The position numbers and the translations under genes are program-made. From contig NC_043002.1 in assembly GCF_006345805.1 (NCBI RefSeq), forward strand, positions 96,844,001 through 96,908,000: a stretch of 64,000 nucleotides of DNA, written 5' to 3'. Below, piece after piece: positions 12,335-24,884 of the stretch (within the stretch, counting starts at the first letter, position 1; every line of letters begins with the position of its first letter). The stretch is from Octopus sinensis (Eukaryota). A model generated the notes under the pieces. That model saw only the letters and a program-made list of their open reading frames with translations, was not told the DNA's origin and searched no databases.

Positions 12335-12753
12335 CCTATTTCTTTACTACCCACAAGGGGCTAAACACAGAGGGGACAAACAAGGACAGGCAAACGGATT
12401 GAGTCGATTACATCGACCCCAGTGCGTAACTGGTACTTAATATATCGACCCCGAAAGGATGAAAGACAAATTCGACCTCGGTGGAATTTGAACTCAGAAC
12501 GTAACGGCAGACAAAATACCTATTTCTTTACTACCCACAAGGGGCTAAACACAGAAGGGACAAACAAGGACATACAAACGGATTAAGTCGATTATGTCGA
12601 CCCCAGTGCGTAACTGGTACTTAATCTATCGACCGCGAAAGGATGAAAGGCAAAGTCGGCCTCGGCGGAATTTGAACTCAGAACGTAGCGGCAGACGAAA
12701 TACGGCTACGCATTTCGCCCGGCGTGCTAACGATTCTACCAGCTCGTCGCCTT
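12335..12753 (-). mobile_element. SINE family A with tandemly duplicated ~182-bp body
   Basis: One head plus two body units; same architecture as 16711-17130 on the opposite strand. Confidence 0.85.
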
Positions 12754-13160
12754 GTCATGGAAGTAATTATTTTATTTCTTCCGACATAACCGCATATCGG
12801 TGTCTGTGTGTGGGTCTGTGTGGGTGTTTGTGTGTGGGTGTATGTGCGCGCGCGCGCACGTATGTATATATGATGCATGAATTCATTCACCAGTAAAGTT
12901 CTAGTTCAAGAGGAACTGCCAACACTTAAGGACACACTTTGATTGGGCATATAAAAATTAAACAATACGGAGTTCATTTATTGTGACATACATTCATACT
13001 AAGATATAAGCAGAAGGACTCCTCCAAATTATAACCAGATAAATGCAGTAACAAATGTGTAATACCAGAATATATACAATCTGTTTTATATAAAGATTTA
13101 TATTACAAACTACAATGCTGGCTAACATTATATGAGGATTAGTAACTGTTAAGTTAACGT

Positions 13161-13199
<39 letters not shown>

Positions 13200-13204
<5 letters not shown>

Positions 13205-13403
13205 ATCCAAACATGAAAACACAAAGAGAAAACAGAACAACGCGAGGACGTGGAACAAGTATAGTATTATTGGACGCTCAGGAAAGAAGGAAAGAAGGAG
13301 GGTTTAACGTTTCGAGCGGAGCTCTTCGTCAGAAACATAGGAAAAGGAAAGATCCAAAGAAGGGAAGACGGAGGAAAAAAATCACTAACGGTACACACGC
13401 GGT

Positions 13404-13410
<7 letters not shown>
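13200..13410 (-). repeat. (TA)n-flanked repeat carrying a hammerhead motif, copy 1
   Basis: Similar to 14275-14455; both flanked by TA-rich microsatellite. Confidence 0.7.
13302..13336 (-). ncRNA. Minimal type-I hammerhead ribozyme candidate, intact core
   Basis: Minus strand: gttt-CTGACGA-a-gagc tcc gctc-GAAAC-GTT-aaac. Stem I 4 bp, stem II 4 bp, palindromic AACGTT stem III. Confidence 0.6.
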
Positions 13411-13434
<24 letters not shown>

Positions 13435-13437
13435 GAT

Positions 13438-13680
13438 AAATTAGAGAAGAACCACCTTTTATCAATTAAACAATGAAATAGCAATGATATAATTAAACTA
13501 TAATTAGATATACTATATAATATTATATACTAATATTTTTTTATTTATTATTTTATACTTTACTTAAATATTGGTATATGTTTTTATATTGTATATCTAA
13601 TTATTTTCTATATGGTATAAGTTAATTATATCATTGGTATTTCATTGTTGAACTGATAAAAGGTGGTTCTCCTCAAATTT
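13438..13680. repeat. AT-rich inverted repeat in a TA tract
   Basis: Arms 13438-13513 and 13591-13680 (gaaccaccttttatca / tgataaaaggtggttc). Confidence 0.75.
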
Positions 13681-13802
13681 ATATACATATATTATATATT
13701 GTGAAATTTGATTAAGCATTACTAAATTGAGTTTTTCCCTGTAAGTTTAGAATAATATTCCCTATTATTATGATTATTATTATTATTATTATTTTATTAT
13801 TT

Positions 13803-13880
<78 letters not shown>

Positions 13881-14164
13881 ATATATATATATATATATTA
13901 TATATATATACATATATTATATATAGCAATTTAAATTACTTGTTCGTAGGGTAGCCGAAGAATAAATGGTTCAACTTCTCTGATGGGGAGGCAATCATCT
14001 CCTAAAATGTCCTGCAATATGATTCCGTTATCTTACTGAAACTGTTCCCAGTTTGGTGGTGAGCTTCTTTTTTAAAGCATGGTATCAAATTCTCATGTTT
14101 TTATCCACTTTTTCTACTTTCTACCGATCAACAAAATACAAGAAAATGTATGCATGTATGTATG

Positions 14165-14196
<32 letters not shown>

Positions 14197-14274
14197 TGTA
14201 TGTATGTATGTATGTATGTATTTATTTATTTATGTATGTATGTATGCATGCATGTATGTATGTATGTTTATATA

Positions 14275-14455
14275 TATAGTAAATCCAAACATGAACAAAG
14301 AGAAAACACAACAACGCGAGGGCATGGAACAAGTATAGTGCTATTGGACGCTCAGGAACGGAAATAAAGAAGGAGGATTTAAGGTTTCGAGCAGAGCTCT
14401 TCGTTTGAAACATAGAAAAAGGAAAGGTCCAAGGAAGGGAAGACGGAAGCAACGT
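14275..14455 (-). repeat. Copy 2 of the 13200-13410 repeat, hammerhead core decayed
   Basis: Same sequence, with the core reading CAAACGA instead of CTGACGA. Confidence 0.7.
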
Positions 14456-14653
14456 ATAAATAACTTATGGACTAAACACAAATTAAATATTTTTCAGTTA
14501 AAATACCATTGCATGAATTTGAATCAGGATATTACATCATAGTCGACTATGTCGAGATTATAATAGAGTAAAACATCTAGTCTTTATATTTCGTTTTTGG
14601 ATTTGGTTTGCAAGATTCTTTATATGAGTTCGTGTGTTGAAGCATAATCTGTC

Positions 14654-14979
14654 GTGTCTGTGGAGAGTCATTCTCTTTTAGTGCCTTATAATATAACACA
14701 CTCACCGGTAAAATTTCCACTTATTTCTTATTTTTATTCTCTAAAATTTTCGTTGCGTGTTGCAACCTTTTCAATAGTCTTGACTCAGTCCGTTATTTAC
14801 ATGCGTTCCCTTTTGTTTGTTTGTGCGCATGTGTAAATAACAAACAGAATCAAGACTATTGAAAAGGTTGCAACACACAGCGAAAATTTTAGAGAATAAA
14901 AATAAGAAATAAGTGGAAATTTTACCGGTGAGTGTGTTATATTATAAGGCACTAAAAGAGAATGACTCTCCCCAGACAC
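14654..14979. repeat. Near-perfect ~145-bp inverted repeat
   Basis: Arms ~14654-14800 and ~14834-14979. The track ORFs 14654..14836(+) and 14797..14979(-) are nearly identical peptides as a result. Confidence 0.9.
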
Positions 14980-15359
14980 AACACAATCTAGTCTTTAGTT
15001 TTCCAGAACATGTTCTAATTAGAAAGTGTTTGAATATAACTGCGATAACTTAACAAAAATCCATGAGTTTCTTTTAAAGAATGCATTGCAATGCTACAAT
15101 ATGCTTAACTTACCTTAAAACTCCCGAGTGACTGCTGAATTATCGATGATTAGATTTATATAGTGCTGTAAAAATAACTCACGGTATGCTAGGGTCACAA
15201 TGCACAGATGTCACATGCATGTGACATATTGAAATCATAAAACTTACTTTTTATTAGAATCTGTATTTATCATTTTAACGAAACAAATATATAGCATAAT
15301 TTTAAGTATACAATGACATGTTCATTGTTTCTCTTGCATTTTGGAATATTCTTCGTAAC

Positions 15360-15645
15360 AGCCACTCCGTCGGTTACTTCAGCGGAACAACGTGCCAGTG
15401 AAATTAACGAGCACTCCTCAGACACACGTACCCTTAACGTAATTCTCAGGTAGAATCAACGTGACACGCAATGTGAAAAGGCCGGCCCATTGCAATACAT
15501 GTGCTATTCAATTTTGTCGGCTACGTAGAACTGAGCAACCTGAAATGGAGTGACTTCCCCCAGAGTACAACTCACCGTTGAGAATTGAACTCACGACATT
15601 ATGATCTGTGAGCCGAATAACCTAATCATTAAGCCTCGCACCTTC
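15360..15645 (-). mobile_element. Degraded SINE (family D)
   Basis: gtgaaattaacgagcactcc ... gtacccttaacgtaattctc matches ~60920-61110. tRNA-like head remnant gaattgaactcacgac. Confidence 0.55.
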
Positions 15646-15865
15646 ACGCTTTTGTTCCTAAACTCGTATACGCGAGTTCACACCCACACATATTCACATA
15701 TATGATATACATAGTGATATTTATAGTTTGTATCTGTGTGAGTGTGTGTGTGTGTGTGTATACTTGTGTGCATATATGCGTATATGCATGTATATGTTAT
15801 CTATGTATCATTTTATATGTGTGTATATATATCTCTCTCTCTCTATGTATATGTATATGTATATA

Positions 15866-15919
<54 letters not shown>

Positions 15920-16710
15920 TTATTTATTTATATATATATGTATTTATGTATTTCAGTAATCCTATATATATATATATATAAATTAGAAAAAGCACCTTTT
16001 ATCAATTCAAAATGAAAAATTAAATTAAACCATCTAGAAAATTACATATAAGGGAGGTGACTGCATCCAGGAGGACAAAAAGGATGGAGAAACACCTAGG
16101 ATCCAACAAAAGACACAACTGAGAGACCTGCAACCAAGGGAAACAATGGCACATGTCCAGCTCCCAACACAACTGAAGACCAAAGAGGTGTGATGGCCGC
16201 AAAAATGGAAAGCACCCTAAAATCGACGGAAATCAAGAGGTAAAAGAATAAAAAAAAGAAAACAACAAACACTGTTCAGAAAAAAAAAACAGAAGAACCC
16301 CAACAAGAGCTCCGCCGGCAAAAGGAGACTGCTGGCATGGCGACGATGGTGCAAACTGTCGTTTTGCACATCAGAAGCCTTACCAAAAACCCCATGGACC
16401 CAAGACAAAAATCTCTTCCACGGGGAGAACAAAGAGAAAAAGAAAAATATTAAAGAAGGAAAAACGGCGCGCTGAGTACTCCTGAAGGACGATATGCGGA
16501 TGTAGTTCTCGGTCCAAAAAAAGATACTGCATAGCCCAACTAATGGCCAGCTTCACCCACATCGCATTTCGAAAAATTTTAGTCGAAGTAATCAAACTTA
16601 GTACTTATTGTTTTAAAGGCTGGTGCTTATTCTAAGGGTGTCTTTTGCCGAAATTCTACGTTACGGGGGCATGATTACAGCAACATCTGTTGCCAAGCGG
16701 TATCGAAGAA

Positions 16711-17130
16711 AAAGGCGGCAAGCTGGCAGAAACGTTAGCACGCCGGACGAAATGCTTGGCGGTATTTCGTCTGCCGTTTCGTTCTGAGTTCAAATTCCGC
16801 CGAGGTCGACTTTGCCTTTCATCCTTTCGGGGTCAATTACATAAGTACCAGTTACGCACTGGGGTCGATATAATCGACTTAATCCGTTTGTCTGTCCTTA
16901 TTTGTCCTCTCTGTGTTTAGCCGCTTGAGGGTAGTAAAGAAATAGGTATTTCGTCTGCCGCTACGTTGTGAGTTCAAATTCCGCCGAGGTCGACTTTGCC
17001 TTTCATCCTTTCGGGGTCGATTAAATAAGTACCAGTTACGCACTGGGGTCGATATAATCGACTTAATCCGTTTGTCTGTCCTTGTTTGTTCTCTCTGTGT
17101 TTAGCCCCTTGTGGGTAGTAAAGGAATAGC
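16711..17130 (+). mobile_element. SINE family A with tandemly duplicated body
   Basis: Head aaggcggcaagctggcagaaacgttagc, B box gagttcaaattc, then two units containing gaggtcgactttgcctttcatcctttcggggtc. Confidence 0.85.
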
Positions 17131-17638
17131 TATTGAAGAAAAAAACCCAGACACAAAGGCAGACGCACGCGCGTATATATCTCAATAATACTAAAACTCT
17201 AGAGATATTTATCCGAAATATCTTAATTGATTTTTTTATATGCATTTTTATGCATACCTTCAGCAGTGCAGTAGAGAATTTGGGTGACTTTTGCACCACT
17301 ATTTATTAATGAAAACGATTAAACACAATTTTTGTTTATTTCTTGACAAAAAGACATGGCTTCCTTGACGTCAACACACATACAGGATACACACATTTAA
17401 TGAATATCATGGCGTGTCGAACAAAAACACAGACTTCGCGCTCTCTAAGAAAAAATACTCGACTTTTTGACGTGCACAATATCTTAATCATTTAGAAATA
17501 TTTTTTACTGAATATAATTTCAAAATTGTAAGTTGTTTGTACTGTAAATATTTATATTTAACTTTCTTTAAACAGACAATATCTTAATGTTTTTTTTTTA
17601 AATTATTTTCAAGTCGTTAATTTTCGTGAAAAATTGTC

Positions 17639-17954
17639 ATTTATTTACTTTTGTTTTAAGGTGAAAGACAGGGGAAAGTGGAAGATTATGTACGTGTATA
17701 TGAAATGGATATGTTTGTATGTGTGAAAGAGAGAGAGAAAGAGAAAGGAAGAGAGAGAGAAAAGAGAGAGAGAAAGAGAAAGGAAAAGAGAGATAAAAGT
17801 GAGAGAGAAAGAGAAAAGAGAGAGAGAAAGAGAAAGGAAGAGAGAGAGACAAGAGAGAGAAGAGAGAAAGAAATTGAGTGAGTGAACGTGTGTTCTCATG
17901 TAGGTGTAAGAGCCATTCTCTTTCTCTCTCTCTTTCTCTTTCTCTCTCTCTATT

Positions 17955-17989
<35 letters not shown>

Positions 17990-17992
17990 ATT

Positions 17993-18027
<35 letters not shown>

Positions 18028-18165
18028 ATTTCTCTCTCTCTCTCTCTTTCTCTCTCTCTCCCTCTCACGCACACACACACACACGTGCTCGTATCTATTT
18101 CATATATACGTTCTTACATCTTTCATTTTCTCTTCTCTTTCACTTTAAAACAAATATAAATAAAT
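17639..18165. repeat. Old imperfect foldback with GA-rich and CT-rich arms
   Basis: atttatttacttttgttttaaggtgaaagac aligns with the reverse complement of tttcactttaaaacaaatataaataaat. Inner (GA)n faces (CT)n across a ~45-bp spacer. Confidence 0.7.
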
Positions 18166-18214
18166 TTTTTAAAATTACGGAAATTAACGAATAAAACCAG
18201 CTTTTCCGGATGAC

Positions 18215-19285
18215 AGCTTTGAGAGCCAAAGCGAAGGATCGCCCCATGGGAATACTATTACATGTGTTTTTTTTTTTTTTTTTGGAGTGCATTCAACTTA
18301 TCTCAGCTCCAAAGATGTGGCTGCTAACAACACCTTTTACAAAATTATTACGAAGTTGTTCAGGGAAATGTGGGTCAGAGAGCTCCTTTACACAGACGAC
18401 TCAGCGATCGAGGCCAGCAGCATAAAGGGCATACAACACATTGTGAACCGGTTTTCTTGTGCAATAGACATGACTATTCTCAAGATCAACATATCGAGGA
18501 CTGACCTGCTCTATCATTCCCCGCCAAGTTGTCCTAAGAGATCTAGAGTCCGAACCAGTGGCAGCACACGGAGAACCCCTAAGGTACACAGAGACCATTA
18601 TCTATCTCAGCAGTACAGAGTCCTGTATTAAGTGTTCTGACTTCGAAGTTAAGGAGAGGAGTAGAATCTATGAAACCGCCATGGGATTGCCTGCAACACG
18701 AATATAATGGTGTACAGAGCTGCAGTCTTCCCTTGCCTCTTCTACGTTACAGAACGTATGGCCCTACCGCAGGCACATCAAGGCCCTTCTGTAGAGGTTC
18801 TGTCCCATGCTAGCTCAGTTAATGTGGAGGCCCTCATTACCTCATTGTAGGTGCGCTGGGCAGGACATATTTGCTGGACGGAGAAAAACAATAGCAGTTT
18901 TTTTTTACGCTAAACTGCGTGAGGGTTGGAGAATATGTGGTGGTCATAAGTTGCGATACAGCGATGAGCTGAAGAGATGAAGAGCTCCGGTATTTCGCAG
19001 ACAGTTGGGAAGAGGAGAGCCTGCGTTGCGATGAAAGACACTAATCGCTGCAGCTTGTAATCACAGCTATTGAGGAGGAGCAACACAGAGAATACAAGAG
19101 ACAATGCGAAAGAACACATGAAAGGCGTCACTTGTCCGTTGCATCAAGTAATTTCACCTGCAGTAGATGTCTTCTCAGCTAGAGATCAAGTGCAGGCCTT
19201 GTAGCCCACATGCCAGCCTGCCGGACATGATTTTTGAACAGAAGAGTAAGCACAGCACTAACACAACGACGATGATGAGGCTGTA
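18215..19285 (+). mobile_element. Degraded RTE-clade LINE, 3' part
   Basis: VRELLYTDDSAI...LKINISRTD (RT YADD-type motif), VYRAAVFP, RWAGH and a terminal FTCSRC...GLVAHM zinc-finger-like motif. Confidence 0.7.
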
Positions 19286-19789
19286 GAAAGTAGCGTAAAA
19301 GTAACGGGACACAACTCTCGCTAAATCAAAAATTTATTTTAAGTTCCGTCCCCTTATTGTTCAGCGTTTATGGTATAGATGTGTGAGCGTACGCGTGCGT
19401 GCATGTGCGCGCGCGCGCGTGTGTGTATTAAGAAAAAGGAAGTAGTCCGAATTTTGGATAATTCTTTATCGCTTACATAGGACTAAATAGGTTTTTTATA
19501 ATGTCTACTTGAATATGCCGACTAATTCTTATAAATGTTTCCTATCTGCAAAACATGTATTCGTTCATCGCCGTTGAGCCCTCACGCTTTCAACCACCCA
19601 CACTGTGGTTTAGCCTTCCGGTCTCTTTCCAAAAAGATATCCACGAACTTTGCGGAATCTCATTTTCCTCCACTTCTCAAAAACGATGTTTCTGTCACGT
19701 GTATTCTCATAGTGAGAGCGCTACATTTGAAAGGCGGAAACTTTGTATCTAACTTCACTCCACACTTGTCTAATCTGCTCCAAATCTAT

Positions 19790-21170
19790 TCCTTCCAAAC
19801 CAACTCTACATACATATATGCAAAAATAACCTGACATTTACAAAGATGCTACAATGTGTAAGATTTCAAAGAGGGGAAGTCAACACCATTCTCAGCCTAC
19901 CATTAATAGTCCTAATGCATTCATTTGCTTAAGATATAACAAGAAGCTATTAACAATGATGTTCTGCAACACCTTCAGTCTTTCATATCAATGATCTACA
20001 GGATACCTACACCCTGTACTCTTATATTGACCTCTAGCATGCTTTCGTGTACAGAAGTTTATTGAAAGCAATCTTGTTTCTGGTGATATCAGTAACTGTT
20101 TCGGCATCACTCTTCTATGCGAATATCATAGAAACATCTAGCATGCATTTGAGTTCCATACGCAGGTTACCTTTTAGATCTGCAGATTTCTATTAGATCG
20201 CACCATCATGCCTTGTATTTACAAAACGCTTTCTGGTCTATACTTAATCAACTCAAGTCTGCCCCAGGTTCAGTTTTCTCCCATTTACTCATTTCTCTAT
20301 ATTAAAATCTACCTACAAAATATCCACTTTACGTATATCCCCTTGATTTCTCCATACGTTATCCAGCCACGCATTATCAATATGCTGCCTAGATATTACA
20401 CTGCCAACCTGTACTGGTTCTATGAAATCATCTTGAAGTGAGTATTTGCCATTTTTATTTCTTTTAAAAGCAAAAATACTCAAGCCCTAACTATATCAAG
20501 ACGCAGCACATACTCTCCAGATATAAGCACCACTCATCTGAAGCTCTTGAAGGCCACTCCAAGTGTTAGGCCTCACTATCTCTAAAGCTTTCTCCTGAGG
20601 AAAGTACATCCTTAACATGGATTGCTGCGCATTTCAAAACTGGCCCTCTCTTCAGGCTCAGAAAACATTTCGACTTCCAACTATTACTGATATTCTTCTA
20701 AGTGTACGTGAGAACAAGAATGAGGTATTGCTACCGCATCGAGAGCAGTGCTTCTACAAATCACAAAATTGTATTGAACCACATCCATTCGGCTGGCTGA
20801 CAAATTCATTCGCAGGCATGTTCCACCCTCTGGCCAACAGGTCTGCCTTCTTATCTCTCTGTTTTATCCTACTGCTACTATAATGCCCTGTATTAGTTAG
20901 TTGGCTGTTCTTGTACCTGCTTCGATTGGTCGCTTTCAGTCGAATGATCCCTTCTCTTCTGGCACCCTGAGTTGTTTCCATTCCCAACAGACTCTGCAGT
21001 AGCCACTGCACCCAATCTATTCTACCAAGAATATTGGTCCTCTGGAATTTCCTTACTACTTATGTATTTCCTGAAGATTCCATCTTACACTAGTGTAATC
21101 GAAACATTAACTGTTTCAATCTTGAAGGTTTCGGATGCCTTGCAAATGTCCTCGATATAATCATTTCCAG
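19790..21170 (-). mobile_element. Very degraded LINE-like remnant
   Basis: Only weak RT-like motifs on the minus strand (e.g. NSRGPIFL resembling NYRGI). Boundaries uncertain. Confidence 0.3.
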
Positions 21171-21213
21171 TAGAAACAACAAATAAAACGGCATTGGTGA
21201 TATTGGCCAAAAA

Positions 21214-22393
21214 CTTACTCTCTTTACTCGTTACAGTTATTTGACTGCAGCCATGCTGGAGCACCGCCTTTAGTCGATCAAATCGACCCGAGGACTTATT
21301 CTTTGTAAGCCTAGTACTTATTCTATCAGTCTCTTTTGCCGGACCGCTAAGTTACGGGGACGTAAACACACCAGCATCGGTTGTCAAGCGATGTTGGGGG
21401 GACAAACACAAACACACACACACACATATATATATTGTTACGGAATCACCCGTCGCCGCTCGCCCGAACGGGCAAGTTCGCCACGGAACCCAGAGAGAGG
21501 AGAGATACAACAACAACAACAGCAGCATAGAGAGATACAGAGAGGCAACCGAGAGAGACACAAACGGCAAGGCAACAACTGGCTTACATTTAACAACTAG
21601 TTTATGACAATCAATTGTTACACATCAAATACATTTAAAGGAAACATTTCAGGAGGACATGCACGTGACAACTCAATACATCATACAACAGATCAAAAGC
21701 ATTTAAACATGCAAGTAACAATATAACAGTCCGGAGACAACAGTTCTATTTCAAAGGTACACGTCCGAAGACACATTAAAGGCCTAACAGTTCAATTGTT
21801 CATTATACAATGTTCGTATCACAACAATTCACGTTACAATTCAAAGTCTTTAACGACTACATCAGAGTCCTTCTTTTTCTCTTTCTGTCTTCTTTCTTTC
21901 TTCTTTCTCTTTTTTTCTTTTACATAGTAACACGTATCAATACAATTTAATACCTTAATTCCTAATTGAAAAGCCAGTGTCCCATATTGTAGTTTCTCTC
22001 TCTCAGTGCTGCTAGCTCCAACTTGCCAAGCTCTCGCATCCCAACCGCTTGCCCTGACTTCCAAAATCCGACTGCCCTTATGACTACCCTCAATCTGACT
22101 CTTAGCCTTATACTCTCTCTATCCCGCCTGGTCCTATGTCCATATCTTTATCGGCGCTGCCGCTGTCATCCTCTCTATCTGCTCTCAGATTCCTTACTCT
22201 ATCTTTCTCACTACTTTCCTCTTCCTCTTCTTCGAGGGGTGTCTAGAACGACCTCCAATCGACCGCACAAGGCCAAAGGTCCCTCCAAAAGCCACTACTC
22301 TTCCAGTAAACAAAGGGCTGTCGCTTTTTACTCCAGACCTGCCGGCGCCACTCCCACAAAGTGGGTCAAGAGATACTGCACTAGCCAAACCAT

Positions 22394-22471
<78 letters not shown>

Positions 22472-22627
22472 CGACGGGCTTCTTTCAGTTTCCGTCTACC
22501 ATATCCACTCTTTGGTCGGCCCGAGGCTATAGTAGAAGACACTTGCCCAAAGTGCCACGCAGTGGAACTGAACCCGGAATCATGTGGTTGATAAGCAAGC
22601 TACTTACCACACAGTCACACCTGCGCT
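21214..22627 (-). mobile_element. SINE family C split by a solo LTR
   Basis: 3' half 21214-21435 and 5' half 22398-22627 flank the LTR. Confidence 0.8.
21436..22397. mobile_element. Solo LTR (962 bp), Ty3/Gypsy-like
   Basis: Termini TGTTA...TAACA, ATAT on both sides (4-bp TSD), no internal coding region. Confidence 0.75.
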
Positions 22628-23637
22628 TATCAAATAATTTTATTGGTGTTATCTCTCTCACTCGTTGTTTCTGCATTTATGATGCACACAGAGGGAGATT
22701 TTTTTAAACAATTGATTCGCATGATCGCACTCGATCGAAATGTCCATAATCAGCGAAATATTTGGACAGTATAGAGTGGTTTTGGTATCACAAACACATA
22801 GGACTAAATAGGTTTTTTTATAATGTCTACTTGAATATGCCGACTAGTTCTTATAAATGTACATACAATTAAAAATAAATTGACGTTGGAGATATTTTCA
22901 GCGGATCACAATTTGAGTTGGGTTTGATTATACAGATTCTACGTGTACCAAGAGGCAGACATATTTGAATCTAAATATTAAAAAAGAAAAACGCAAATTC
23001 ATCCGTGATGGTATTTGAACTCAAAATGTAAGGTGTCTGTAAAATATTGAACGCGTCTCCATGGACTCATACATGTAACTCCCTCTGTTTGCCACCCGAT
23101 AATGTTGAATGTGATACAACTATTGAAAGACTAAGGAAATCCTATCCCAAACCATCGAGTTCCTCAGTGTGCAAAATGATTTAACATGCTGGAGAAGAAG
23201 CCTTAGTATGTTAAATGCTGCCTTTACTTTAAAAATGCAGCATAGTGCCTTTAGTATACACGCCAGCATTCCAGATTTGTCGTTAATCATGAATATGTAA
23301 ATTATTATATTTTAGTTTGGGGTGATGCTAACAAATTTGCACTAAAATAGTAGAAAATTACTATCGTTAATGTAAAGCAAACACCATGGAGAAATATTGT
23401 GTAGTGTGAATATAGAAGCTATCACACGGTTACTGTAAAAGGTAAAACCTTATCCTCCCATGACGTCCACTACAGCGACCAGCATAATTTACGTCTGAAG
23501 TTGCCTTGACGTGCCAGGAATAAATACGCAAATAATCGTTTTCCGATGAAATATCCTTTCATGCATATTACAAAACTACGCTGCAAAATTATTTCGGAAG
23601 ACTAACTCAGTTTTAAACCTGACACACTAGTAATATA

Positions 23638-23850
23638 CTCTTTTCTACTCTAGGCACAAGGCCAGAAATCTTTGGGGGAGGGGCCCAGTCGATTAGATCG
23701 ACCCCAGTGCATAACTGGTAGTTGATTTATCGACCCCGAAAGGATGAAAGGCAAATCGACCTCGGCGGAATTTGAGCTCAGAGCATAGAGACAGACGAGA
23801 CACATTTAACCCGGCGTGCTAACGTTTCTGCCAGCCAGCTCGACGCCTTT
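23638..23850 (-). mobile_element. SINE family A (monomer)
   Basis: Reverse complement of the family-A head and conserved body. Confidence 0.8.
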
Positions 23851-24049
23851 GTATATTGGTAATATATTCGCAAATAATACACTTAGTTGTGCTACAAACA
23901 TTTTCCGTGAAAAAAGTTGGATAACTTAAGTGGAACATTTTTTCTCATTGTTTCAATGTTTAAATTTTTAAATGTATTATCTTAAAATGTTTAAAACTGT
24001 GTTATCTTAATACATAGATAATTGTCTAAGGAAAAGTACATAAGCTATT

Positions 24050-24412
24050 TAACGACAACGTTAGGAGATTACAACAGGAGTACAGACCCCCTTCGGTCAC
24101 GAATGACCATGGGATTGCCCCTAGAAAGTTCCTCTCCGAGGCATAAGTCCGAGCGAGATTGTTTATGGAAGACCAACAGTCGCCCATGCGTACCAGTTCC
24201 TCCTCTTCACGCCACCGATGTTATCCAAAGGAAAGGCAAAGGATGATACAGCTTGGCGCCAGTGACGTAACTCATTTCTACGGAAGAATGAACTGGAGCA
24301 ACGTGAAATAAAGTGTCATGTTCAAGAACACAACACACAACCCAGTCTGAGAATCATTCACTAACTCATGATTGTGAGCCCGACGTTCTAACAGCTGAGC
24401 CATGCGCCTTCG
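24050..24412 (-). mobile_element. tRNA-derived SINE (family E)
   Basis: Minus-strand head gaaggcgcatggctcagctgttagaacgtcgggctcacaatcatgag, followed by a central actttatttcacgttgctccagttca segment. Confidence 0.7.
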
Positions 24413-24429
24413 CATACACTAACATATAC

Positions 24430-24592
24430 AGGCGCAGGAGTGGCTGTGTGGTAAATAGCTTGCTAACTAACCACATGGTTCCGAGTTCAGTCCCACTGTG
24501 TGGCATCTTGGGCAAGTGTCTTCTGCTATAGCCCCGGGCCGACCAATGCCTTGTGAGTGGATTTGGTAGACGGAAACTGAAAGAAGCCCGTC

Positions 24593-24659
<67 letters not shown>

Positions 24660-24884
24660 CGTGTATGTTTGTGTGTCTGTGTTTGTCTCCCTAGCATTGC
24701 TTGACAACCGATGCTGGTGTGTTTACGTCCCCGTTACTTAGCGGTTCGGCAAAAGAGACCGATAGAATAAGTACTGGGCTTACAAAAGAATAAGTCCCGG
24801 GGTCGAGTTGCTCGATTAAAGGCGGTGCTCCAGCATGGCCGCAGTCAAATGACTGAAACAAGTAAAAGAGTAAAGAGTAAAGAG
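24430..24884 (+). mobile_element. Full-length SINE family C
   Basis: Head aggcgcaggagtggctgtgtggtaa, B-box-like agttcagtccc, central (TA)n(TG)n, tail ...gactgaaacaagtaaaagag(taaagag)n. Confidence 0.9.

Noticed and set aside
12335-12753. Regularly spaced repeats that might suggest a CRISPR array
   Set aside because: Only two units of a eukaryotic SINE body, with no unique spacers and no cas genes.
16020-16600. Possible Tx1/L1 3' end on the minus strand, and a similar U-rich block at 56760-57300
   Set aside because: Motif support is too weak to assign.
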